64,000 nt of DNA from an uncultured virus (IMG/VR IMGVR_UViG_3300031787_000017) (IMGVR_UViG_3300031787_000017); one strand, 5' to 3'; positions 30,359 through 39,028 are shown, numbered from the stretch's first letter. Numbers and translations: made by a program. Notes: generated by a model from the sequence alone, not told the origin.

Positions 30359-30771
30359 TTTGTTTGATCTCCTAAAATTTTATATCCTTTATATGTTGGA
30401 TGTACACCGTCAGAACTAATATTGGTTTCAGGTCTTGTTATCACCGTATCACCAAATTCTGCTGCAACCAACTTTACAGATTCAACTTGTTTTGGCTTTA
30501 GTTTTTGACTAGGTAACAACCAGAATACTCTTTCAGCTTGAGCATTTGTACGAAGTGAACGAATATTACCTTCTGTATTGATTCCCAAATCATTTGCACC
30601 GAGACTGATGATTAAAGTTTTAGTGGGTTTTAATTTGTGTAAGTGTTTTTTATTCCAATCACTAGAATTAATTCCACTTTTCACAATAGCTTGACATTCA
30701 GGCCTAACTTGACTCACACCAACCGCAATACTATCTCCAACGATTAAACATTCCAACATATTTTCCTCCAA
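30355..30771 (-). CDS. SGNH/GDSL hydrolase
   Basis: GDSIA, LGAND, DGVHP. Confidence 0.8.
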   Translation of the reverse strand: MEENMLECLIVGDSIAVGVSQVRPECQAIVKSGINSSDWNKKHLHKLKPTKTLIISLGANDLGINTEGNIRSLRTNAQAERVFWLLPSQKLKPKQVESVKLVAAEFGDTVITRPETNISSDGVHPTYKGYKILGDQTK

Positions 30772-30773
30772 TA

Positions 30774-31310
30774 TTAAAGTGTTTCGCCACCGATTGTGCG
30801 ATTACAAGCACAAAGTTCTCCAGTTTGAAGAGCATCAAGAACACGAAGTGTTTCTTCAGGTGAACGGCCTACATTGAGGTTGTTAACCGTAACGTGTTGT
30901 ATAACATTATCAGGGTCGATAATAAAAGTAGCACGAAGAGCTGCGCCCGCTGGTTCATAGAAAACTCCTAATTGTGTGATAAGTGATTTTTCCCAATCCC
31001 TACTTGTGTCAGCAAATTGAATATGTTTGATCTTTTTCAAATCTTCATGTGAAGCTTGCCAACCAAGTTTACAGAATTCATTATCTGTTGAACCTGTCAA
31101 TAGAACTGCATCACGATCCGCAAAGTCTTGGAACAATTTGTCATACGCAACAATTTCTGTTGGACATACGAATGTGAAATCTTTTGGATAGTAAACAATT
31201 ACTTTCCACTTACCATCAAAAGATTTTTCGGTAATATCAAAAAATTTATCACTACCAGGATTAATACCAGTTACTACAAATGGTTCGATTACATCGCCTA
31301 CTGTTTTCAT
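30774..31310 (-). CDS. ahpC: Peroxiredoxin AhpC
   Basis: YPKDFTFVCPTEI, RATFIIDP, GRSPEETLRVLDALQ, LCACN. Confidence 0.93.
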   Translation of the reverse strand: MKTVGDVIEPFVVTGINPGSDKFFDITEKSFDGKWKVIVYYPKDFTFVCPTEIVAYDKLFQDFADRDAVLLTGSTDNEFCKLGWQASHEDLKKIKHIQFADTSRDWEKSLITQLGVFYEPAGAALRATFIIDPDNVIQHVTVNNLNVGRSPEETLRVLDALQTGELCACNRTIGGETL

Positions 31311-31321
31311 TTATTTCCTCC

Positions 31322-31358
31322 AAAAAAAAAAGACTAAGTACCACTACAGTACTTAGTC
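31322..31358 (-). terminator. Intrinsic terminator at the end of the tRNA array
   Basis: GACTAAGTAC..GTACTTAGTC followed by T10. Confidence 0.75.
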
Positions 31359-31428
31359 ATAGTTTACATCAATTATACTAAAAAGTCTAATGATATTTTT
31401 CTATCGTAATAATAGATAGAATAAAACT

Positions 31429-31515
31429 TGGTGCCTCGAGCCGGAATCGAACCGGCACGCCCTCGCGAGCGGCAGATTTTAAGTCTGCTGTGTATACCTG
31501 TTTCACCACCGAGGC
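31429..31515 (-). tRNA. tRNA-Leu(TAA)
   Basis: Cloverleaf, long variable arm, encoded CCA. Confidence 0.95.
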
Positions 31516-31522
31516 ATTAAAA

Positions 31523-31993
31523 CTAAGCTGCTCTTAAACTTTTGAATCTGTCAGCAGCGTATGATGCCGCAAATGCATTTGGTTTAATTAAAGGTATTAC
31601 ATTACAAGTACCACGAATATAACCAATTGCTTCTTGCATCACACAGTTACTTCCGTGATGTTCATCAGGATTAATATCTAAATGAACTTCAACATGTCTA
31701 TCTTCAAGCACATCCGCAAGTTTAATGTAAAGTTCGGATACTTTATAAACTTCATTCATCAAACGATATCTAGGACGATTTTTCTTTTGATCGTAATCTC
31801 TTTCTCTCTGAACTTCACCAAAAAGTTTGCATCCGTTGTTTCCATTTATATGGACTACCACAGCAAGAATGTAATCGGCGTACCAGACACCATCAACTTT
31901 AAATCGCTCAGAATCACAACCAATATAAATTTTGGTTTCGGGTGATTGATTGTTGATGTAATCTTTTACTTTATTTAAATCAAGTTTACGCAC
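31523..31993 (-). CDS. RNase H-like YkuK/DUF458 family protein
   Basis: IYIGCDS, RLMNEV, EVHLDIN, KPNAFAASYAAD. Confidence 0.75.
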   Translation of the reverse strand: MRKLDLNKVKDYINNQSPETKIYIGCDSERFKVDGVWYADYILAVVVHINGNNGCKLFGEVQRERDYDQKKNRPRYRLMNEVYKVSELYIKLADVLEDRHVEVHLDINPDEHHGSNCVMQEAIGYIRGTCNVIPLIKPNAFAASYAADRFKSLRAA

Positions 31994-32013
31994 GACACAT
32001 TCTCCTTATTGTT

Positions 32014-32105
32014 TGGTGCCTCCGGCGGGAGTCGAACCCACATTGGCCAATTATCTGTTGCACACGGGATATAAATCCGCTGTTTTACCGTTAAACTACA
32101 GAGGC
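32014..32105 (-). tRNA. tRNA-Ile(TAT) with long variable region
   Basis: Anticodon loop TTTATAT; about 22-nt variable region; A73; CCA. Confidence 0.7.
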
Positions 32106-32170
32106 GTTTTATAATTATACAGCATCTACATTTCTTTTGCAAGATTTTTTAATTACTTTAACCGACATAA

Positions 32171-32178
32171 TATAAATA
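32171..32178 (+). promoter_or_regulatory. Late promoter TATAAATA
   Basis: 5 nt upstream of the radical SAM ATG. Confidence 0.75.
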
Positions 32179-32183
32179 ACGCA

Positions 32184-33668
32184 ATGAATCATTGCATATT
32201 ATTTTCTATAACATCTAACCTAAGAAGTCGTCCAAGCGGTGTTCACCGAATAGCACACCATCTTCGAACTCAAGGATGGAATGCCGAAGTTATCGACTTT
32301 TTCTATGGATGGACTCTTGAAGAACTAAAAGAACTTGTCCGATCAAGAGTAACCAAGAACACCCGTTTTTTTGGATTTTCATGGTTATTTTTCAGCAACG
32401 AAATAAAAAATACCATAAATCCTTTTTGTGAGTGGGTAAAAATTAATTACCCGGATATAATATTCATCAGTGGTGGACAGACAGAACAAATTTCAAATGA
32501 TATTATCCATTATCACATTGCTGGTTACGGAGAATATGCGTTAAACACATTACTATCTTATTTGTTCAGTAATGGTAAAAAACCTAGATTTTCTTTTCAA
32601 ACACGAAGTAAAACAAAACTCATAAACGCTATACATAGTTATCCTGCTTTTCCCATGCAAGATCCCATGATCAAATATGAATCTCGGGATTTTATTGTAC
32701 CTGGAGAATGGGGTAGAATAGAATTTAGTAGAGGCTGCAAATTTAGCTGTAAATATTGTAATTTTCCTGTTTTAGGCGTAAAGGGTGATTACACCCGTAC
32801 AGCAGAAAGCGCTAGAGAACAATTACTACATGCTTATGATAATTGGGGTATTGAAGATTATCTAGTTTCTGACGAAACATTTAATGATTATACCGAAAAA
32901 ATTACAAAGTTTGCTAATGTTGTCGAAACACTTCCTTGGAAACCTTATTTTGCGGGGTTCATTAGAGGTGATTTATTGGTAAGCAGACCAGCAGACAGAC
33001 ATGAGTTACTTAGAATGGGTTTTTTTTCACACTATTATGGTATTGAAACTTTCAATCAAAAATCCGCACAATTTGTTGGTAAAGGTATGAAAGTTGAAAA
33101 AATACAATCGGGTTTAATAGATGTAAAAAATTTTTTCAAATCCAATACACCAAAAAATTATTATGCTGGATCAATGGCGTTTATTTCTGGACTTCCTTAT
33201 GAAACACTGGAAAGTTTAGAAAGCACTCATCAGTGGATTCGTAGTAATTGGTTGGATCAAATAGTTATTGCAAGTCCTTTAGAAATAAACAAAAACTTTA
33301 CTTTTAGATACTCAGACATTGATGAAAACTTCTCATCTTATGGTTATAGAGAAATGAAAATTAATGATATTGAACTCGACATAACAAAAATTAATGACTT
33401 TTATGGTAATGGTGGCCACGTAATATGGGAAAATGACAATATGAACTTTATTCAGGCATTAGATTGGGCAGAAAAAATTCGTTCCCTTAAAATTATAGCT
33501 GGACACGATTATCAACGATTAAGTATGGGTGATATATGTAATATACTTTGTGATGAGAATGGTGATCCTTTACCGAGGGATAAAAAATTATCCGTCACAA
33601 GAGGAAATTCACGCAATCATTGGAATCTTTTCTTAGAAAAGTATAAGAAAAAGAAACTTAGTATTTAA
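32184..33668 (+). CDS. B12-binding radical SAM protein
   Basis: SRGCKFSCKYC (CxxxCxxC), DETFND, GIET; N-terminal cobalamin-binding-like domain (GG..GYGE). Confidence 0.85.
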   Translation: MNHCILFSITSNLRSRPSGVHRIAHHLRTQGWNAEVIDFFYGWTLEELKELVRSRVTKNTRFFGFSWLFFSNEIKNTINPFCEWVKINYPDIIFISGGQTEQISNDIIHYHIAGYGEYALNTLLSYLFSNGKKPRFSFQTRSKTKLINAIHSYPAFPMQDPMIKYESRDFIVPGEWGRIEFSRGCKFSCKYCNFPVLGVKGDYTRTAESAREQLLHAYDNWGIEDYLVSDETFNDYTEKITKFANVVETLPWKPYFAGFIRGDLLVSRPADRHELLRMGFFSHYYGIETFNQKSAQFVGKGMKVEKIQSGLIDVKNFFKSNTPKNYYAGSMAFISGLPYETLESLESTHQWIRSNWLDQIVIASPLEINKNFTFRYSDIDENFSSYGYREMKINDIELDITKINDFYGNGGHVIWENDNMNFIQALDWAEKIRSLKIIAGHDYQRLSMGDICNILCDENGDPLPRDKKLSVTRGNSRNHWNLFLEKYKKKKLSI

Positions 33669-34333
33669 AATTCATACTTATGTTTTTTTATGATATCAAA
33701 ATTTGATATCTCAACCATTTTCATTAACTCATCAGTATAATAATCTTTATAATTTTTTTTTGATACAGTCACATTCAAAGGCGGTTCTTTAAAGATAGAA
33801 CTTTCTATTTCGGTCGTTAGTTCACCACATCTATCTAACATATAAATCAATTCTTTTCTTATATTTTCTTGTTTACCAATATATGTGGCATATTTCGTAA
33901 AAACATTATAATAGTTTTGAAAGACTGAAACCTCATTCGTTAACCATTGATAAGGCATATATTTGTTCACATCATTAACAGTTTCTTTATTCAACATAAC
34001 AAATAATCTACTGTAGTTGTACATTTTGTTTTTGAATTCATAAGTAGGATTATTCATCAAATGAATCCATTCAGAAAAATCTTTATGTGTAATCTTTTCG
34101 TATAAAAATCCTTCTGTTCCCATTATATCAGAACCATTTTTATTAAATTCATACTGACTAACATACCAGTCCCACGGATTTCTAGTAAAAACAAAAACCT
34201 CTTTGTTTTCAGGTTTTGTAAACAATATTCCATGTTTACGTTGATTCAGTGTAAGTGGTTCAAGAATTTTTTTAATCCAAGTACCTGCTGTTTTTGGTAT
34301 GTGTAAAAATATAGCGTTTTTTGTTACATACAT
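33665..34333 (-). CDS. Sulfotransferase family protein
   Basis: FLHIPKTAGT (5'-PSB) and RNPWDWYVS (3'-PB). Confidence 0.8.
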   Translation of the reverse strand: MYVTKNAIFLHIPKTAGTWIKKILEPLTLNQRKHGILFTKPENKEVFVFTRNPWDWYVSQYEFNKNGSDIMGTEGFLYEKITHKDFSEWIHLMNNPTYEFKNKMYNYSRLFVMLNKETVNDVNKYMPYQWLTNEVSVFQNYYNVFTKYATYIGKQENIRKELIYMLDRCGELTTEIESSIFKEPPLNVTVSKKNYKDYYTDELMKMVEISNFDIIKKHKYEF

Positions 34334-34346
34334 AAATTTTTATATT

Positions 34347-34421
34347 TGGTCCGGCTGCAGGGAATCGAACCCCGATTTAAAGATTAGAAGTCTCTTGTAT
34401 TATCCGTTATACGACAGCCAG
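34347..34421 (-). tRNA. tRNA-Arg(TCT)
   Basis: Cloverleaf, CCA. Confidence 0.93.
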
Positions 34422-34425
34422 AAAT

Positions 34426-34501
34426 TGGAGCGGATAGCCAGGCTCGAACTGGCGACATTTTGCTTGGCAAGCAAACATTCTACCAACTGAATTATATCCG
34501 C
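34426..34501 (-). tRNA. tRNA-Gly(GCC)
   Basis: Cloverleaf, CCA. Confidence 0.93.
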
Positions 34502-34507
34502 ATGAAT

Positions 34508-34712
34508 AAGTGTTAAGCTACTAGTCCTCACTAGCCCTCAACTGAGCTGTTACTCTGTCCATCACATTTACTTCTGGTCAAACAAGGCGTGATACCCACC
34601 TACGATTTTTCTGGCACCCATGTAATTGAGTTCTGAGGCAGATCGTATGCGCCTTGGCGTTATGGTTAAGCCAACAGACCCCCTATCAATAACGGGTAGG
34701 GACCCCGAGGTT
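34508..34712 (-). ncRNA. Structured ~200-nt ncRNA A (homolog of 35465-35654)
   Basis: GC-rich non-coding spacer; shares GCGCATACG and GGACAGRGTAACARCTCAG with element B. Confidence 0.6.
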
Positions 34713-34715
34713 TTT

Positions 34716-34789
34716 TGGAGCGGGATATCAGAATCGAACTGATAACAACAGATTGGAAATCTGTAGTTTTACCATTAAACTAATCCCGC
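34716..34789 (-). tRNA. tRNA-Gly(TCC)
   Basis: Cloverleaf, CCA. Confidence 0.93.
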
Positions 34790-34947
34790 TTTGTTTCTTG
34801 TTTATCTTCAAAAGCATCCAATACACAATCTTCAGTACTCAATTCATCCTGATATTCATTCTTAAAAATTTTATCCCAATTATCAGAAAACTTATCTTGT
34901 GGAACCGAAAATGGTCTTGGTCTACTTCCTTTGCCGCCGTCATTCAT
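34780..34947 (-). CDS. Small protein (55 aa)
   Basis: MNDGGKGSRPRPFSVPQDKFSDNWDKIF...; SD present; stop lies within the tRNA-Gly 5' end. Confidence 0.6.
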   Translation of the reverse strand: MNDGGKGSRPRPFSVPQDKFSDNWDKIFKNEYQDELSTEDCVLDAFEDKQETKRD

Positions 34948-34963
34948 TTTACTTCCTTGTTAT

Positions 34964-35037
34964 TGGTGCCCTTTGACAGAATCGAACTGCCAATAGATGA
35001 TTACAAATCAACTGTTATACCATTTAACTAAAAGGGC
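34964..35037 (-). tRNA. tRNA-Thr(TGT)
   Basis: Cloverleaf, CCA. Confidence 0.92.
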
Positions 35038-35056
35038 TATTATACACTACTTATGC

Positions 35057-35131
35057 TGGTAGTAGTGGCAAGATTCGAACTTGCACCTAACACCGTATGA
35101 AGGTGGCGCACTACCATTATGCTACACTACC
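35057..35131 (-). tRNA. tRNA-CAT (Ile2 or Met)
   Basis: Anticodon loop TTCATAC; CCA. Confidence 0.85.
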
Positions 35132-35133
35132 AT

Positions 35134-35211
35134 TGGTTGCGGGTGTGGGATTCGAACCACACGATTTCTTGCTTATGAGACAAGCGAGGACGACCTCTCC
35201 TCTAACCCGCA
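35134..35211 (-). tRNA. tRNA-Met(CAT), fMet-like acceptor end
   Basis: Anticodon loop CTCATAA; 3' end CCCGCAACCA. Confidence 0.85.
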
Positions 35212-35258
35212 ATTGAAAAGGTGGGAGATTTTACTCTCCTCGCCTCACACGCGAAACT

Positions 35259-35342
35259 TGGTGGGTAGCCACGGAATCGAACCGCGTATGCCGAAGCGCC
35301 TGATTTACAGTCAGGTGTAGTCACCAATGCTACTCGCTACCC
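35259..35342 (-). tRNA. tRNA-Tyr(GTA)
   Basis: Cloverleaf with variable arm, CCA. Confidence 0.93.
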
Positions 35343-35344
35343 AT

Positions 35345-35464
35345 ATTAGAATTGTAGTCTGCACTATTTGCTGTGCTCAACGGAATTACCGGCCGGATGT
35401 ACCGTTTGTATGCATAGTTACTCAGGCATGATCAAGCCCATGGCTTACAGACTACAAATCTAAT
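35345..35464 (-). ncRNA. Stem-closed small RNA
   Basis: Termini ATTAGATTTGTAGTCTG / CAGACTACAATTCTAAT form an approximately 17-bp helix. Confidence 0.5.
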
Positions 35465-35654
35465 ATTGCTTAGGCCACGTTTTTCCACGGTCGCCCCCAA
35501 GCTGAGTTGTTACCCTGTCCGAACACTAATCAGCGGTTTGCTACGTAGTGTCCACGCTGCTATGTTGTCTGCTTACGTATGCGCTAACGGTGCCATAGCC
35601 ACCGAACAATTTTCGTAGTTACACGCTACTTTCAGGAAAGTAGTAACCGGATTC
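35465..35654 (-). ncRNA. Structured ~190-nt ncRNA B (homolog of 34508-34712)
   Basis: Shared motifs and equivalent 3' stem-loop with compensatory differences. Confidence 0.6.
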
Positions 35655-35733
35655 TGGCTCCGCATTTGAGGATCGAACTCAACTAACCAGTGGTTAACAG
35701 CCACGCCCATGCACCAAGCTCGGGTTCTGCGGA
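35655..35733 (-). tRNA. tRNA-Asn(GTT)
   Basis: Cloverleaf, CCA. Confidence 0.9.
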
Positions 35734-35740
35734 ATAGATT

Positions 35741-36076
35741 TTAATCTACATTTAACTTTTCTGCATGTACTTCACGATGACAATTCGCACAAAGCAAAGA
35801 ACATTTATCTATTTCATTTTTTATTTTTTCCCAGGAATAAGTATTGCCTGTTTTAGAAATACCGAATTCTTTTTCATTAGGATCAAGGTGATGAAACTCT
35901 AATGCCTCAACACACTTGTCATATCCACATTTTTCACATTTACCACCTTTGTATTCTATCGCTTGTAATTTTAAATTTCTTCTTTTCTTCTTAGTATGAA
36001 ATTTGTTTTTACATTTTATGCCACAAAATACCGTTTCAGTTTCATTAGTACAAAGATGCCATTTACATTTATTCAT
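35741..36076 (-). CDS. HNH endonuclease (free-standing, within tRNA array)
   Basis: GGKCEKCGY..LEFHHLDP..LCANCHREVH; late promoter TATAAATA at 36108-36101. Confidence 0.85.
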   Translation of the reverse strand: MNKCKWHLCTNETETVFCGIKCKNKFHTKKKRRNLKLQAIEYKGGKCEKCGYDKCVEALEFHHLDPNEKEFGISKTGNTYSWEKIKNEIDKCSLLCANCHREVHAEKLNVD

Positions 36077-36119
36077 AAGATTATCCTTTACAGTTAATCT
36101 TATTTATAAATCTTAAACT

Positions 36120-36196
36120 TGGCGACACTTAGGGAACTCGAATCCCTGACCTCCGCCGTGACAGGGCGGCGTTCTAACCAACTGAACTAAAGTGCC
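36120..36196 (-). tRNA. tRNA-Asp(GTC)
   Basis: Cloverleaf, CCA. Confidence 0.93.
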
Positions 36197-36298
36197 ATAT
36201 TGAAACACACTATGCAGAAGTCTCTAATCTCACCCCGACAGGAGTATAACACACGACCTCGGTGCTCCAGTGTGTCCAGAATATAATGTGCTTCAATA

Positions 36299-36373
36299 TG
36301 GTACACCCAACCGGAATCGAACCGGTGTTACTGCCGTGAAAGGGCAATGTCCTGACCGCTAGACGATGGGTGC
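36299..36373 (-). tRNA. tRNA-Glu(TTC)
   Basis: Cloverleaf, CCA. Confidence 0.93.
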
Positions 36374-36382
36374 AAAAATTAT

Positions 36383-36466
36383 CAAATTGTTAATGAACTC
36401 TTACTCTAGAAAATCTATTATACACTAACCACAGTATTTGTCAAGTGGTGTTGTAAAAATACAACA
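36383..36466 (-). promoter_or_regulatory. Internal tRNA-operon promoter with boxA-like element and upstream palindrome
   Basis: TTGACA-N16-TATAAT (36444-36417); GTTCATTAACAATTT downstream; TGTTGT-N6-ACAACA upstream. Confidence 0.7.
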
Positions 36467-36485
36467 TTATCAACTTGATAATAAA

Positions 36486-36563
36486 TGGAGGTAAGGGTGG
36501 GATTTGAACCCACGGTTTTACAGTTTTGCAGACTGCTGCTTTGGACCACTCAGCCACCTTACC
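36486..36563 (-). tRNA. tRNA-Cys(GCA)
   Basis: Cloverleaf, U73, CCA. Confidence 0.93.
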
Positions 36564-36564
36564 A

Positions 36565-37182
36565 TTAATCTACAGTGGGACCATTTCCATTTTTAAATCC
36601 AATAGTCCCACCTTGTTCTTTAATTTTCTTAATCGCATCCTCAAAAAGAATTGGACGATAATCGGTGTGTTCAACACAAGCGCACCAATATCTCGGATCA
36701 AGAACTTTTTTCTGTGTAGTAAAAGGTCTTTCATCGTAAGGACCCCATTCTTGGACACTAATCGTTTTCATCACTCTGTTGTAATGAAGATGTCCATGAA
36801 TATTTGTTCCAAAACGCCCAAGACTTTCTTCATGTACAGGAATATGACTAAGAATCATTCCATTCATTACATGGTAACCACGAACATCACGAAAATGTTT
36901 AGTGTAATCTTCAAGTTTAAAAATATCGTGGTTGCCTTTAATCAACACTTTATCTCCGTTCAACCTTTCAAGGATTTGGAGAGACTTGCGATTGATTACA
37001 ACATCACCAAGATGGTAAACTTTATCATTAGGTCGAACTGTTTCGTTCCAACGTTTTACCATTTCTTCATCCATTTCTTCTGGATTATCCCATGGCCTAA
37101 GTTTCGTACCATCGTCACGCAGGAATCTACATACGCCAGCATGACCAAAATGTGTATCACTAACTAGAAATACTGCTGGCAT
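36565..37182 (-). CDS. Calcineurin-like phosphoesterase
   Basis: SDTHFGH, HLGDV, KGNHD, SHIP, HGHLH. Confidence 0.85.
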   Translation of the reverse strand: MPAVFLVSDTHFGHAGVCRFLRDDGTKLRPWDNPEEMDEEMVKRWNETVRPNDKVYHLGDVVINRKSLQILERLNGDKVLIKGNHDIFKLEDYTKHFRDVRGYHVMNGMILSHIPVHEESLGRFGTNIHGHLHYNRVMKTISVQEWGPYDERPFTTQKKVLDPRYWCACVEHTDYRPILFEDAIKKIKEQGGTIGFKNGNGPTVD

Positions 37183-37191
37183 AATGCCCCC

Positions 37192-37440
37192 TTATTCGAA
37201 TGGAATTTCTTTTGAAGGATTTTCCAAAATACTTTCTACCACAAATACATCAAACAATTGATCATCTTCTGGATGTTTTATTTCTTCCAAAAAAGTATGA
37301 TTAAACTTTGTTCGCCAATGTACAAATACTTGTTTATCAGCATTCCATCGTGCTTCACTTGCATTACGACAACTGCCTGCATAATAAGCGCCATGAATTA
37401 AATTCTGTTTTGCAATTTTAGCTTCGTATGACTCGTACAT
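37192..37440 (-). CDS. Hypothetical protein
   Basis: YYAGSCRNASEARW..FVHWRTKF; start moved to MYES. Confidence 0.6.
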   Translation of the reverse strand: MYESYEAKIAKQNLIHGAYYAGSCRNASEARWNADKQVFVHWRTKFNHTFLEEIKHPEDDQLFDVFVVESILENPSKEIPFE

Positions 37441-37455
37441 AATTTTTCCTTTAAA

Positions 37456-37545
37456 TGGCGGTGAGTATTGGATTCGAACCAATGGAAGGTTTAACCCTTC
37501 GACGGTTTAGCAAACCGCTGCCTTAAGCCACTCAGCCAACTCACC
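37456..37545 (-). tRNA. tRNA-Ser(GCT)
   Basis: Long variable arm, G73, CCA. Confidence 0.95.
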
Positions 37546-37670
37546 ATTGTATCACAAAAATTAGCAAACATGAGGCAACTAAACATGAGTAATGCAATTC
37601 CAATACCTAATACAAACCAATAAAAAAATATTTGTAGTACTATATTGAGTATCATGTTTTTTCCTTTAAA

Positions 37671-37758
37671 TGGCGGAAGCGGTGAGATTCGAACTCACGG
37701 ACCTTTTACAGTCGTCGGTTTTCAAGACCGATACCTTAAACCACTCAGACACACTTCC
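37671..37758 (-). tRNA. tRNA-Ser(TGA)
   Basis: Long variable arm, G73, CCA. Confidence 0.95.
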
Positions 37759-37766
37759 ATAAATTT

Positions 37767-37842
37767 TGGCCGGTCCTGAGAGAATCGAACTCCCACCTGC
37801 GGGTCCGTAGCCCGCCGTAATCATCCATTTTACTAAAGACCG
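37767..37842 (-). tRNA. tRNA-Arg(ACG)
   Basis: Cloverleaf, CCA. Confidence 0.92.
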
Positions 37843-37845
37843 ATA

Positions 37846-38040
37846 TTAAATTGTTTTGTCGATGTTACTTCCTTTAGTGACAATATCTATAACACCATTT
37901 ACATCATACACAGTGGTCGGATAATATCTACGCTCAACGACAACTACATCATTACCGTTTGGATAATCATAATTAATTCTTTTTTCTATAGTTCGTAGAT
38001 TTTCTTGCCATCCCAAATATGTAATAGAATTTATTTGCAT
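37846..38040 (-). CDS. Hypothetical protein
   Basis: Strong SD AGGAG; lies between tRNAs. Confidence 0.55.
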   Translation of the reverse strand: MQINSITYLGWQENLRTIEKRINYDYPNGNDVVVVERRYYPTTVYDVNGVIDIVTKGSNIDKTI

Positions 38041-38053
38041 GATTACTCCTTAA

Positions 38054-38130
38054 TGGTGCCCCAGAGGAGAGTCGAACTCCTAAAATTTGGCTTCTAAGAC
38101 CAACACGTATACCAGTTCCGTCACCGGGGC
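38054..38130 (-). tRNA. tRNA-Leu(TAG), short variable loop
   Basis: Anticodon loop CTTAGAA; 77 nt. Confidence 0.88.
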
Positions 38131-38136
38131 AAATTT

Positions 38137-38211
38137 TGGTTCCGGTTGGTGGGAACGATCCACCGACCCTCGCCTTATCAAGACGATGCTCTACCACTGA
38201 GCTAAACCGGA
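38137..38211 (-). tRNA. tRNA-Ile(GAT)
   Basis: Cloverleaf; atypical T-loop GATCG. Confidence 0.88.
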
Positions 38212-38213
38212 GT

Positions 38214-38289
38214 TGGTGCAACCTCCAGGAATCGAACCTGATTCAACGGCTCTTCAGGCCGCCGCTATGACCACATCAGCTAAAGTTGC
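38214..38289 (-). tRNA. tRNA-Phe(GAA)
   Basis: Cloverleaf, CCA. Confidence 0.92.
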
Positions 38290-38290
38290 A

Positions 38291-38364
38291 TGGTGCTCTC
38301 AACAAGAATCGAACTTGTAATGCATCCTTACCAAGGATGAGTTATGCCACTTAACTATGAGAGC
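38291..38364 (-). tRNA. tRNA-Thr(GGT)
   Basis: Cloverleaf, CCA. Confidence 0.92.
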
Positions 38365-38375
38365 TGCATAACATT

Positions 38376-38451
38376 TGGTGGAGGATAGCAGATTCGAACT
38401 GCTTACTCATGCTTGCAAAGCACATGTGTTCCCAATTAGCACCAATCCCCC
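38376..38451 (-). tRNA. tRNA-Ala(TGC)
   Basis: G3:U70, CCA. Confidence 0.93.
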
Positions 38452-38452
38452 A

Positions 38453-38617
38453 TTAAACATAAAACTTTGTTTGATCCTGTTTCTTTTGATTAATCAAACG
38501 ATTTCTCTCACACCACGGACAACCACCGTGATGTTCACAACTTTTTGAAACATATTGCGGACGACCATCTCTAACTTTTTTTGAAGTTTTTCTTTCTTTA
38601 CGAAAAGTCCTAGACAT
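38453..38617 (-). CDS. Small basic Cys/His protein (54 aa)
   Basis: MSRTFRKERK..SKSCEHHGGCPWCERNR; SD AGGAG; different frame from the track ORF. Confidence 0.6.
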   Translation of the reverse strand: MSRTFRKERKTSKKVRDGRPQYVSKSCEHHGGCPWCERNRLINQKKQDQTKFYV

Positions 38618-38633
38618 ATCATTCTCCTAAATT

Positions 38634-38707
38634 TGGTCTCGGTAGAAGGAATCGAACCTCCGCCGCATGGTCCCAAACCACGCATGATACCATTTCACCA
38701 TACCGAG
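38634..38707 (-). tRNA. tRNA-Pro(TGG)
   Basis: Cloverleaf, CCA. Confidence 0.93.
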
Positions 38708-38712
38708 TTATT

Positions 38713-38787
38713 TGGTGCATCGTGATGGTTTCGAACCACCGACAACTTGCTTGTAAGGCAAGGACTCTACCACTGAGCTAACGATGC
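38713..38787 (-). tRNA. tRNA-Val(TAC)
   Basis: Cloverleaf, CCA. Confidence 0.93.
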
Positions 38788-38788
38788 A

Positions 38789-38864
38789 TGGGGTAACCTA
38801 TGAGGATCGAACTCATACTGCCAGGTCCACAATCTGGCGTGCAGACCACTACACTAAGGTCACC
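38789..38864 (-). tRNA. tRNA-His(GTG)
   Basis: G-1:C73, CCA. Confidence 0.93.
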
Positions 38865-38952
38865 ATTGTATCATATAGAAACACATTCTTGGATTCTCGT
38901 AACAGTAATCCATAACCCCGGGTGTCATTATGTGTTTGAATGTGTTTTTATA

Positions 38953-39028
38953 TGGTGGGGCCACAGGGATTCGAACCCTGACCTTACAGATTAAAAGTCT
39001 GATGTCTTAACCATTTGACTATAGCCCC
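38953..39028 (-). tRNA. tRNA-Lys(TTT)
   Basis: Cloverleaf, CCA. Confidence 0.93.

Noticed and set aside
32184..33668. Radical SAM gene as PqqE partner for PqqA
   Set aside because: It has a B12-binding-type N-terminus and no evident SPASM Cys cluster, and lies 18 kb away.
34508..35654. Self-cleaving ribozymes (HDV/theta, hammerhead, pistol) after tRNA 3' ends
   Set aside because: Could not assemble the required catalytic cores by eye; tRNAs already encode CCA. Needs a covariance-model search.
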